64,000 bases of DNA from a virus (IMGVR_UViG_3300017716_001697:1-64000); one strand, 5' to 3'; positions 1-8,001 are shown, counted from the first letter of the stretch. Translations and numbers: made by a program. The notes: generated by a model from the letters alone, not told the origin.

Positions 1-1353
1 AACGGGGTTTCTCCGTGGATTTTAACTCGCGCTTCAGATTTTGATGGCACTCCTACTACAGAAATTCAAGCAGGCGACTCGACATATATACAAGAAGGTA
101 CACTTGTAGGTACGCAATGGGTGAAGATTGCAATAGGTACGGGCGCCCCCGATGATCATATTGTTATAGGTACCGACCCGATTGTATTCAGTCAATTTGC
201 AGGCGCCGGAACATACACTGCTGGTACAGGCATTGATATTTCGAGTAATGTTATTTCTAATACAGGTGTTCTAAGCTTGATCGCCGGTGCAAATATTTCT
301 ATATCCGGAACAACAGGTAATGTGACAATTAGTACAACAGGCACAGTACCGTCATCAACTACTTCGTCTAATCTTGCCGGTGGTGCACCTGGATCAGTTC
401 CATATCAGTCTGCGGCCAGCACCACATCGATGCTAGCAGCAGGTACAACATCAGAAGTGTTGATTAGCGGAACGACACCTAGTTGGACAAATACACCTAC
501 ATTAACTGGTACAAATTTTACTGGCATACCAAACGGTGCATTATTGAATAGTTCTGTCACTATAGGTTCGACATCCGTATCATTAGGTGCCACAACAACA
601 ACGTTGACAGGACTCACTTCTGTATCGGCTACTACGTTTATTGGCGCAATATCCGGCAATTCTACGACAGCCACCACAGCGGTTAATTTAGATGGTGGCG
701 CAGCAGGTTCAGTTCCGTATCAAAGTGCACCTGGCACCACTAGCATGTTAGCAGCTGGTACATCAACACAAGTTCTTGTCGGTGGACTTACACCACTTTG
801 GACAAATAGTCCTACGTTGACTGGTACAAATTTCACAGGCATTACAAATTTTGGATTAGTGAATAGTTCATTAAGTGTCAACGGTGTTACAATTAGCCTA
901 GGTGGTAGCGGTACAGTCGCAGCGGCAGCTGGCACATTAACTGGCACAACACTTGCGGCTAATGTTGTTTCGTCTAGTTTAACAAGCGTTGGTACGTTGG
1001 CAAGTTTAACAGTTTCGGGCACCGCAACAGCTTCGTCGTTTAATGCTACCTCTACAAAGAGAGTTAAGAAATCAGTTAAGAATTTAGGTAAAGAATATCT
1101 AAATAAGTTTAAATATTTAAAGCCACGCGAATACGATAGAAAAGACTATAATGCACACGAATTTGGATTCATTGCTGAAGAAATGGCATTAGTGTATCCT
1201 GAGATAGTGGGTAAGGATGCTACCGGCAAACCTAGCGGCATAGATTACGGAAAACTATCTACCATTCTTACTGCTAAGTTGCAAGATCAACAGATGCTTA
1301 TTGAAACATTGCAAGCACAGATGGCTGTAATTATGACAAAATTGAAAGTTTAA
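1..1353 (+). CDS. Tail fibre protein with C-terminal intramolecular chaperone (peptidase S74-like); 5' end lies outside the window
   Basis: Frame open from base 1 (NGVSPWILTRASDFDG...); Gly/Thr/Ser-rich repeats; C-terminal S-KRVKK...GFIAEEM...GIDYGKL plus coiled coil. Confidence 0.85.
   Translation, partial: NGVSPWILTRASDFDGTPTTEIQAGDSTYIQEGTLVGTQWVKIAIGTGAPDDHIVIGTDPIVFSQFAGAGTYTAGTGIDISSNVISNTGVLSLIAGANISISGTTGNVTISTTGTVPSSTTSSNLAGGAPGSVPYQSAASTTSMLAAGTTSEVLISGTTPSWTNTPTLTGTNFTGIPNGALLNSSVTIGSTSVSLGATTTTLTGLTSVSATTFIGAISGNSTTATTAVNLDGGAAGSVPYQSAPGTTSMLAAGTSTQVLVGGLTPLWTNSPTLTGTNFTGITNFGLVNSSLSVNGVTISLGGSGTVAAAAGTLTGTTLAANVVSSSLTSVGTLASLTVSGTATASSFNATSTKRVKKSVKNLGKEYLNKFKYLKPREYDRKDYNAHEFGFIAEEMALVYPEIVGKDATGKPSGIDYGKLSTILTAKLQDQQMLIETLQAQMAVIMTKLKV
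370..900 (+). repeat. Internal ~105-aa tandem repeat in tail fibre
   Basis: NLAGGAPGSVPYQSA...WTNTPTLTGTNFTGI at 370 recurs as NLDGGAAGSVPYQSA...WTNSPTLTGTNFTGI at 685. Confidence 0.85.
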
Positions 1354-1359
1354 ATATAC

Positions 1360-2151
1360 ATGACTGCTAATATATCGTCATTGGGTGTTGATCTAGATAC
1401 ATTATTTGCGCCGCACGTAACTAATAATGCCGCCAACCTAACGGGGTATAGAGTTGCGGGTGTAGACACACAAACTCGATACGATGTGTTGGCTAATCCA
1501 GCTCAGTTTAATGTAAGTTCGAGAATTCCTGCAACATTAATAACTACCAGTGCAACTGGTTGGTCGCCTAACACTGATCTTGCATCTATTTTCTGCGGTA
1601 ATGCAGGACAGTACTCGTTAACTACACCTGTTAACGGTACTAAATCTACCACAGGCTGGACATCTCCGAAAGTTTGGACACATACTATAACCATTTCGTT
1701 TGCCAGCGCCGCAGCATTAACTAGCTATTTCTTCTACGGTGGCCGTATACAAATTTCACCAACACAGGGTGCAGGTACATTAGCAGATAACACACTATCA
1801 ACAATGTTTTCTAATATGGGTGCATTGGTTATATACGACGTCGGTCATTATCGCACCGGCACAGGTGGTACAATATTGTCACCAAGTACCGGTGGATCAA
1901 CTATAGGCACGAGCCCTGTTACTATATATAGTACAACAGACGGCAGTCCTTACACTGCTACAACATACAATGTCTCTATTGTGGCTAATGCTGCAATAGG
2001 ATCTGCCACTACGCTAACAATTACTACTTTATTACAATCTGTAACATCCGGGACTATTGCTGATACATATTCGGGTACATACACATCTAATATACAACAA
2101 CGAAATTATCCGGCACAGGCTGTACCGACATTTTCTAGTACACTATCATAA
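1360..2151 (+). CDS. Putative virion structural/tail-associated protein
   Basis: 263-aa Thr/Ser/Gly-rich ORF between tail-fibre genes. Confidence 0.6.
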   Translation: MTANISSLGVDLDTLFAPHVTNNAANLTGYRVAGVDTQTRYDVLANPAQFNVSSRIPATLITTSATGWSPNTDLASIFCGNAGQYSLTTPVNGTKSTTGWTSPKVWTHTITISFASAAALTSYFFYGGRIQISPTQGAGTLADNTLSTMFSNMGALVIYDVGHYRTGTGGTILSPSTGGSTIGTSPVTIYSTTDGSPYTATTYNVSIVANAAIGSATTLTITTLLQSVTSGTIADTYSGTYTSNIQQRNYPAQAVPTFSSTLS

Positions 2152-2159
2152 GGATATAT

Positions 2160-2621
2160 ATGACACTACCAGTATCCGGCACAATCACCCTTGCCCAAGT
2201 AAATACCGAACTAGGAAATGCATCTACAGCAAATATCAATCTCAATCAGGCTTCTGTGCGAAGCTTGTTTGGCAAAGCAAGTGGCGTAATATCACTTAAC
2301 GATGGTCATGGTAAATCAAGTTATGCAATCGGGTATGTATCAAGCTATGGATTTACTAACTATGGATCATATGGGACATTTTATCTTTATGTATCCGCAG
2401 CTCAACCATATTCGGCAATAGGCATGCAATTCTATGCAAATACATCCGGTCAGCCATTGGGCGGCATGCAATTTCTGGGCTATTGTGATGGCACTGGGAA
2501 TTTTTCCTATACACCTGTTATTTCGAATACTGATCCTTACTGGTATCCGCCACCACAAACAAATTGGTTCCAAATTTACCAAGACAGTACTAATCTTGGG
2601 GCTTTTGCTGCATCGTCGTAG
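2160..2621 (+). CDS. Short tail-fibre-like virion protein
   Basis: N-terminal MTLPVSGTITLAQVNTELG motif typical of small jumbo-phage fibre proteins. Confidence 0.6.
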   Translation: MTLPVSGTITLAQVNTELGNASTANINLNQASVRSLFGKASGVISLNDGHGKSSYAIGYVSSYGFTNYGSYGTFYLYVSAAQPYSAIGMQFYANTSGQPLGGMQFLGYCDGTGNFSYTPVISNTDPYWYPPPQTNWFQIYQDSTNLGAFAASS

Positions 2622-2626
2622 AAAGA

Positions 2627-3135
2627 TTGACACTACATATAGTTGATGTTACATTAGCTGCTTGATACATTGTTTTATGGTGATGCAGATAGACTTTAAA
2701 GGCAACCCCCTGAATACATTGAAGGTTGACACCTATCTAAAACGATGTTACATTAGTAGCTTGATACAAATTATGTAGGACACTATAACAAAACATTAGC
2801 TACCGCTAATTTGCAACAGTATATTATGGTGATGCACTAAATAGACACGGTGCGTGAGACGATAAAGAAGACGGTTGACACCTATCTAACGCACTGTTAT
2901 AATGAGATTATAGATACAGAGTTTTTATGCGGAATGTATGCTACCGTGTAGAAGTAAATGAAAAGAGAGCATATCGATCATGTCTACTCTGTATCTTACT
3001 AGTTTTGGTGTGTTTGACAACGTTTTTTAATGTTGTTACAATACAAGATGATAAATAAAAGTGTAGACAAGAATATATCTGTTTCTTAGAAGATTACTTG
3101 AATAACTTGACAGATTACTATACTACTGTTAAACT
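2627..3135 (+). promoter_or_regulatory. Array of five sigma70-type promoters
   Basis: TTGACA-N17-(TACATT/TACATT/TATAAT/TACAAT/TAAACT) at 2627, 2726, 2875, 3014, 3107. Confidence 0.8.
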
Positions 3136-3301
3136 TGCTACATAGGTTAAAAGATATTGCGTTATGCAAGTTAGTTGCTACCGGTTTTTAATTAAACAGG
3201 AAGGGCTAGCCGCTTAACTACCGCATTATTTTATGCAGATGATAAATAAACTTACACAAATAGGTTTTTGTGTATTAATTTGGAATTAATTGGAAAATAA
3301 A

Positions 3302-3472
3302 ATGGTTGACTTTACATTATCGAAACAGAATGCAATTACAGGACTCTCGTCCCGCATGCATTGTGCTGGATATTGGGTCGAGACAACTACATTGGGTAAT
3401 GCGTCAGGCTTTAATAGTATTGAACAAGATCCGATGAACACGGCTTCCTTCTATAAGGGGTCTGGAAACTAA
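3302..3472 (+). CDS. Putative attenuator leader peptide (start ambiguous: 3290, 3302 or 3356)
   Basis: Short ORF whose 3' end overlaps the antiterminator strand; contains all 20 amino acids. Confidence 0.6.
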   Translation: MVDFTLSKQNAITGLSSRMHCAGYWVETTTLGNASGFNSIEQDPMNTASFYKGSGN

Positions 3473-3529
3473 CAAAAGTAACCAGATATTTTATAAAAGG
3501 AAGCCGCTAGGAAACTAAGCGGCTTTTTT
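3441..3529 (+). terminator. Terminator/antiterminator pair upstream of the tRNA array
   Basis: Hairpin AAGCCGCT(AG-GAAA-CT-A)AGCGGCTT plus T-run; 3441-3456 complementary to 3491-3506 at 15 of 16 positions. Confidence 0.8.
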
Positions 3530-3685
3530 GTTGATCGCTGTGAAGCGTGATGGTTAGTGATAGTTAGTGTGGAATAAGAGCAGTAACCCTGCCCAGGAAA
3601 CGAGGTCCTGTCCCTGCACTTTAAACATGGGGAAAACGGGCGGTGACGAGGATGGCTTATCTTCTTGTAGATAAAAAAATTCGTC

Positions 3686-3755
3686 ATATTTAAATGCACT
3701 TAGGTTCGAATCCTACAGCGCGACGGCTGAAGTGGACAGCAGTGCATTTAAATAT
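3686..3755 (+). ncRNA. Permuted tRNA-elbow mimic
   Basis: 15-bp outer stem encloses T arm (TAGGTTCGAATCCTA) followed by D-like arm (GCTGAAGTGGACAGC). Confidence 0.55.
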
Positions 3756-3809
3756 ACACACTAGGAACCAAATGGGAGTGAAACGTCCGTGGCATAGTGT
3801 GTTGAATAT

Positions 3810-3896
3810 GGTGTAGCGATGCAGTTGGAGAGGCATGAGAGGCTGTAACCCTCTTTCCGTAAGGATGAATAGGTTCGAATCCTATATGCACCACCA
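3810..3896 (+). tRNA. tRNA-Tyr(GTA)
   Basis: Cloverleaf, loop CTGTAAC, long variable arm, CCA. Confidence 0.85.
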
Positions 3897-3902
3897 TATT
3901 TA

Positions 3903-3977
3903 GGGCTGTTAGTATAGATGGGAACACGATTGCCTTGCACGCAGTAATCCCCGGTTCGATCCCGGGACGGTCCACCA
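3903..3977 (+). tRNA. tRNA-Ala(TGC)
   Basis: Loop CTTGCAC, G3-U70, CCA. Confidence 0.9.
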
Positions 3978-4027
3978 CAACATGGCGCATTCATCTAAGC
4001 GTTTATATAAATTAGATGGCAAATTTT

Positions 4028-4102
4028 GGGCTGCTAGTATAGGGGGAATTATCACTGCCTTGCACGTAGTAGATCGGGGTTCGAGTCCCCGGCGGTCCAC
4101 CA
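4028..4102 (+). tRNA. tRNA-Ala(TGC)
   Basis: Loop CTTGCAC, G3-U70, CCA. Confidence 0.9.
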
Positions 4103-4111
4103 AGTTTCTAA

Positions 4112-4167
4112 AGAATGCGTTCTGCAAATAACAAAATTCAACTTTTAATTGAAAAATAAGCATTCTG
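4112..4167 (+). ncRNA. CAGCA-motif RNA with Lys(TTT)-like anticodon loop
   Basis: AGAATGC-G-TTCTGCA...GCATTCTG; inner TTCAA-CTTTTAA-TTGAA. Confidence 0.55.
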
Positions 4168-4176
4168 ATTTATTAC

Positions 4177-4251
4177 GCCTCGTTCATATAGTGGTTATTA
4201 TGATCGGCTGTCTACCGGTACATAGGGGTTCGATTCCCCTACGAGGCGCCA
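4177..4251 (+). tRNA. tRNA-Asp(GTC)
   Basis: Loop CTGTCTA, CCA. Confidence 0.9.
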
Positions 4252-4353
4252 GGTTCTTGCAAGAAGTAAAGAGGTACGGTGGTCCAGCGATGCGGGGACT
4301 ATAAAAGCCGATTGACACCTGGGGTAAAACTCCATACGCATCCCCAATTTTAA

Positions 4354-4408
4354 AGATTACCTACAGCAATTAAAAATTCACTGTAAATGAAACCAAATGT
4401 GTAATCTG
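4354..4408 (+). ncRNA. CAGCA-motif RNA with Tyr(GTA)-like anticodon loop
   Basis: AGATTAC-C-TACAGCA...GTAATCTG; inner TTCA-CTGTAAA-TGAA. Confidence 0.55.
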
Positions 4409-4418
4409 ATTTATTTTC

Positions 4419-4494
4419 GCTCTTTTAGTATAGTGGCTGATTATGACGGTTTTGTAGTCCGTAGACGGGAGTTCGATTCTCTCAAAGAGCACCA
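4419..4494 (+). tRNA. tRNA-Thr(TGT)
   Basis: Loop TTTGTAG, acceptor GCTCTTT/AAAGAGC, CCA. Confidence 0.85.
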
Positions 4495-4499
4495 GTTTT

Positions 4500-4690
4500 G
4501 TTAAGTATAAGGATGTTTCCACCGCCCATTGAAGGCGAAGAACTACTTAACGATGTTTTTTTAACTTAGTATACGGCACATCAGGTTAAGATGAATGCTA
4601 ACTCCAGGTATCGGGGTGTAAACTACTAAGTTAGGATTTTAATAAGAAATATATCAGTCGACTCTGAATCGAAAATCACTATTTCTTTAT
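4500..4690 (+). ncRNA. Three 'stem-TA...C-stem' tRNA-core mimics (4500-4551, 4563-4632, 4642-4690)
   Basis: Long inverted repeats enclosing TA...C; two contain Gln-like loops (CATTGAA, CTCTGAA). Confidence 0.5.
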
Positions 4691-4766
4691 CTCTCTAAAG
4701 TGTTATCTGGTTGCACTCGCCATTTGGGGTGGTGGGGTTTCGGTTCGAATCCGGATAGGGAGACCA
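4691..4766 (+). tRNA. tRNA-Pro(TGG)
   Basis: Loop TTTGGGG, CCA. Confidence 0.8.
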
Positions 4767-4773
4767 AATTTAT

Positions 4774-4847
4774 TGCCTTGTAGCTCAATGGTAGAGCATT
4801 CGACTGATAATCGAACGACGACGGTCCGATTCCGTACGAGGCAACCA
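4774..4847 (+). tRNA. tRNA-Ile(GAT)
   Basis: Loop CTGATAA, CCA; T-loop variant TCCGATT. Confidence 0.85.
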
Positions 4848-4863
4848 ATATAGAAAGTAAACT

Positions 4864-5100
4864 ATGGAATTAATAGGATGGATAGGCAGCGGCCTTTTAG
4901 CTCTATGCGCAATTCCACTAGCATGGGAGTGTTTTAAACAGAAACACGCTAATGGAATTTCAAATATGTTTATTGCAATGTGGATGCTAGGTGAATTATT
5001 AACCTTTGCTTACATACTGCCTAAACAAGATTACCCACTATTGCTTAATTACAGTTTAAACATTATATGTTTATTGGTTGTGATTAGGTACAAATTTTAA
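4864..5100 (+). CDS. PQ-loop/SemiSWEET-like small membrane protein
   Basis: Three hydrophobic helices; IGWIG...IPLAW...GIS...LLLNY pattern. Confidence 0.65.
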   Translation: MELIGWIGSGLLALCAIPLAWECFKQKHANGISNMFIAMWMLGELLTFAYILPKQDYPLLLNYSLNIICLLVVIRYKF

Positions 5101-5101
5101 T

Positions 5102-5176
5102 GCCCTGTTCCACTTCGGGTGAGGTGACCAGCCCTTCAAGCTGAGGAGACGAGTTCGACTCTCGTACAGGGTACCA
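5102..5176 (+). tRNA. tRNA-Glu(TTC)
   Basis: Loop CCTTCAA, CCA. Confidence 0.8.
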
Positions 5177-5182
5177 GTTAAT

Positions 5183-5258
5183 GTCGCATTGGACTTTTGG
5201 TAAGGTCAGTAGCCTTTCACGCTACGCAAGCTCGGTTCGAATCCGGCATGCGACTCCA
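5183..5258 (+). tRNA. tRNA-Glu(TTC)
   Basis: Loop CTTTCAC, CCA. Confidence 0.85.
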
Positions 5259-5265
5259 ATTTTAT

Positions 5266-5358
5266 GGGTGCCTAAGGCAGTATACTAAGTTGTGGAGACT
5301 TGGTGAGATGCGGTCCAAACGCATTAAAATCCGGTTCGACTCCGTGATGCGCCCGCCA
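5266..5358 (+). tRNA. tRNA-Trp(CCA) with enlarged D region
   Basis: Loop GTCCAAA in ATGCG/CGCAT stem; 93 nt; CCA. Confidence 0.6.
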
Positions 5359-5363
5359 TTTAT

Positions 5364-5454
5364 GGGTCCCTAAGGTATTATATACATGCATACAGGTGCC
5401 TTTCGCGCCAATGCTAGCATGTTTGGGGTCGTTCGAATCGACTTAGGCCCACCA
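5364..5454 (+). pseudogene. tRNA-like element, atypical core
   Basis: Acceptor stem, T arm and CCA present; D and anticodon arms non-canonical. Confidence 0.5.
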
Positions 5455-5523
5455 ATTTTTAGCAGTGTCGTAGATTTTGCATTAGTAGTTTAAGCAGAGG
5501 AATACATTGCTCTTTTATTTCAT

Positions 5524-5599
5524 GGATCCATAACTCAAATGGCTAGAGTCCGGTCTCTTAAACCGTGCGATCCCGGTTCGAAGCCGGGTGGGTCCACCA
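5524..5599 (+). tRNA. tRNA-Lys(CTT)
   Basis: Loop CTCTTAA, CCA. Confidence 0.85.
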
Positions 5600-5711
5600 A
5601 TTCTCCTGTGATCGGTCACTATAATATACTGACACGGGGACCATTTATCCCCGGTCCATATGATTCCTGCATCTGTGGTGCATATTGTGTGATATGACTG
5701 GTGACCAATTT

Positions 5712-5826
5712 ATCGCTGTAGTTTAAAGGTAAAACCACTAAAAAGTTATCCTGCAAAGGATACGTACAGCATTCAATTTCCATTCTAAGGAGTTGATCCG
5801 GTGTTCGATTCCCGGCAGCGGTACCA
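5712..5826 (+). tRNA. tRNA-Arg(TCT)-like with inserted CAGCA module
   Basis: Acceptor ATCGCTG/CAGCGGT plus ACCA; D arm; ~40-nt insert; loop ATTCTAA; T arm. Confidence 0.6.
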
Positions 5827-5890
5827 TTTGACAATACATAGTTTAGCAATTAAACTAGAGGCTTAGTAACACATTTTTTGAAAGACACAC

Positions 5891-6913
5891 ATGAAAAATT
5901 ACGTAGGTATTAGCCGAGATCACAGTGGTTCCATGGGTAATATTGCATTGGCAGCTGGCCGCGATTACAATGACAACATTGCATCGCTCAAAGAAGGCGC
6001 CACCGAACACGGTATTGACACTATTGTTAGTGTTGTTAAATGTGGCGCAGGTCGCCCAGCCAAGGTTGTACGTGAGGTAGTAAATTCCAATGTACAAGTT
6101 TTGCAACCCATCAAGGATCGCGAATATATTGCAGATGGGAATTCGACTCCGTTGTTTGACAGCGTAGGCGATTTGATTGAACAGCTTCAAGCTGTGCCGG
6201 ATGCCGATGACATTAACGTGTCGTTTGTTGTTATGGTTATCACTGACGGTGAAGAAAATTCTTCGCAAAAATGGTCAGGTGCATCCATTAGTCGCAAGAT
6301 TAAGGAACTGCAAGCAACCGATCGTTGGACATTTGTTTTCCGTGTACCACGTGGTTATGCACGTAACTTGACAAACTATGGTATCCCTGCTGGCAACATT
6401 CTTGAATGGGACCAGACAGACCGTGGCGTTCAGGCTGCTACAGCAGCAACCCGTTCAGCAGTGAAGAGCTTCTATGCTGCTCGTGCAACTGGTGTCAAGA
6501 GCACAGATAAGTTCTATGCAGATTTGTCAACCGTGTCACTTAAAGAAGTTAAGAAAGAACTTGTTGATATTTCCGGTCAGGTCGACGTGTATGTCGTTGG
6601 CACTGCTAATAGCGGTGTTCAAATCCGCGATTTCGTTGAAGCACAAGGCGTTACGTTCACTAAGGGCTGTGCATTCTATCAGTTGAGCAAAACTGAAGAA
6701 GTGCAGGACTATAAACAAATTGCAATTCGCGATAAGAAGCAAGGTGCAGTTTATAGTGGATATTCTGCCAGAGATATGCTAGGATTGCCTACAAGCGGTA
6801 CATGCAAATTGGCTCCGGGGCAACACGGCCAATATGAAATCTTTATCCAGTCAACATCGGTTAACCGTAAGTTGGTTAAGGATACAAACGTTCTGGTATG
6901 GACCGGGGCGTAA
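5891..6913 (+). CDS. von Willebrand factor A domain protein
   Basis: DHSGSM MIDAS motif, TPLFD, VITDGEEN. Confidence 0.85.
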   Translation: MKNYVGISRDHSGSMGNIALAAGRDYNDNIASLKEGATEHGIDTIVSVVKCGAGRPAKVVREVVNSNVQVLQPIKDREYIADGNSTPLFDSVGDLIEQLQAVPDADDINVSFVVMVITDGEENSSQKWSGASISRKIKELQATDRWTFVFRVPRGYARNLTNYGIPAGNILEWDQTDRGVQAATAATRSAVKSFYAARATGVKSTDKFYADLSTVSLKEVKKELVDISGQVDVYVVGTANSGVQIRDFVEAQGVTFTKGCAFYQLSKTEEVQDYKQIAIRDKKQGAVYSGYSARDMLGLPTSGTCKLAPGQHGQYEIFIQSTSVNRKLVKDTNVLVWTGA

Positions 6914-7022
6914 TAAACTGCTAGGCGATTATACCTTGATCATGTAAACCCGTGCTAGCACGGGCATCGCCCCTAGGTACCGGAGGTCGGACGCCGGTAT
7001 ATAAATGCGTGGCACTGATAAT

Positions 7023-7098
7023 GCAGGTGTGGTGTCTAGTGGTAGCATCATAGTCTTCCAAACTAAAGGTGCGGGTTCGATTCCCGCCATCTGCTCCA
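7023..7098 (+). tRNA. tRNA-Gly(TCC)
   Basis: Loop CTTCCAA, U73, CCA. Confidence 0.9.
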
Positions 7099-7104
7099 GA
7101 AAGA

Positions 7105-7434
7105 ATGTTTATGTTTAATTTTAAGAGCTGGTTCTCATTTAGACGTGAAGAACGTCTAGTTAAAACGTTCAAAGAGGTACGTAAGATATATAGCGGCGAC
7201 AACACATATTTTATACATTTGTTTGAATCAAAATCTGGAAAGCGCCGAGCAGAATATATCTGCAATGGCGAGAAATATGACATAAACATGAAAAATGGTT
7301 GGCTAATACAAACCGATCTTTATCAGCTAACTGTTTATCGTTGGTTGACAGGTCGAGTAGACCCGGATATTCCCCGATATGATCAGTGTCCGGAAGAAGA
7401 CACAGCAAACATGTTACGAGGAAAAATTCCGTGA
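7105..7434 (+). CDS. Hypothetical phage protein
   Basis: ORF after tRNA; start moved out of the tRNA; stop overlaps next start. Confidence 0.65.
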   Translation: MFMFNFKSWFSFRREERLVKTFKEVRKIYSGDNTYFIHLFESKSGKRRAEYICNGEKYDINMKNGWLIQTDLYQLTVYRWLTGRVDPDIPRYDQCPEEDTANMLRGKIP

Positions 7435-7730
7435 TTGGCTATAAACTTTTTAGACAACGTAAAGACGGTACATTAGGTCCACTGTTTATTAATCGCAAAC
7501 AACGCCTGACTATCGGTGAAACATATATTGCAGAAGAACATCCTACAAAGGGTTTTGCATTTAGGCCAGGGTGGCATATATGTTCAGAAATGAATGCTCC
7601 ACATCTTAGTAAGAAAAATCGTGTGTGGGCAAAGGTTAGTTTTTCAAAGTATACAAGTCATAAACGTCCTGATTCACAAGGCGGACTTTGGTATACTGCT
7701 GATAAGATGAAAGTCTTAGAAGTGTATTAA
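7431..7730 (+). CDS. Hypothetical phage protein
   Basis: GTG start coupled to upstream stop (GTGA). Confidence 0.65.
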   Translation: MIGYKLFRQRKDGTLGPLFINRKQRLTIGETYIAEEHPTKGFAFRPGWHICSEMNAPHLSKKNRVWAKVSFSKYTSHKRPDSQGGLWYTADKMKVLEVY

Positions 7731-7734
7731 TAAT

Positions 7735-7809
7735 GGGTCCTTAATTTAATGGTAGAATGACTGCCCGATTAGCGGTTTGTGATGAGTTCGACTCTCTCAG
7801 GACCTACCA
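7735..7809 (+). tRNA. Degenerate tRNA-Ile(GAT)
   Basis: Cloverleaf and CCA, but loop CCGATTA lacks U33/R37. Confidence 0.55.
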
Positions 7810-7832
7810 AATGTAATGATAAATAAATATAT

Positions 7833-7907
7833 TCCCTAATAGCTCAGTGGTAGAGTAGCGGACTGTTAATCCGTTGGTCCGTGGTTCGAGCCCACGTTGG
7901 GGAGCCA
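7833..7907 (+). tRNA. tRNA-Asn(GTT)
   Basis: Loop CTGTTAA, G73, CCA. Confidence 0.92.
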
Positions 7908-8001
7908 ATTTTAGAATAAACGAAAAGTCCCTGGTGAGACTAGATGCTTTCTGTGAGAGCTAGGTTTATTCCGCTGATCTTGGCCAATTAGCAAATTTTA
8001 T

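Noticed and set aside
370-900. Diversity-generating retroelement template/variable repeat
   Set aside because: Both copies are in-frame within one gene, differences are not adenine-specific, and no reverse transcriptase is in the window.
3240-3530. T-box riboswitch as the leader mechanism
   Set aside because: No T-box bulge (TGGNACC) or stem I motifs are visible; the ORF-linked antiterminator fits attenuation better.
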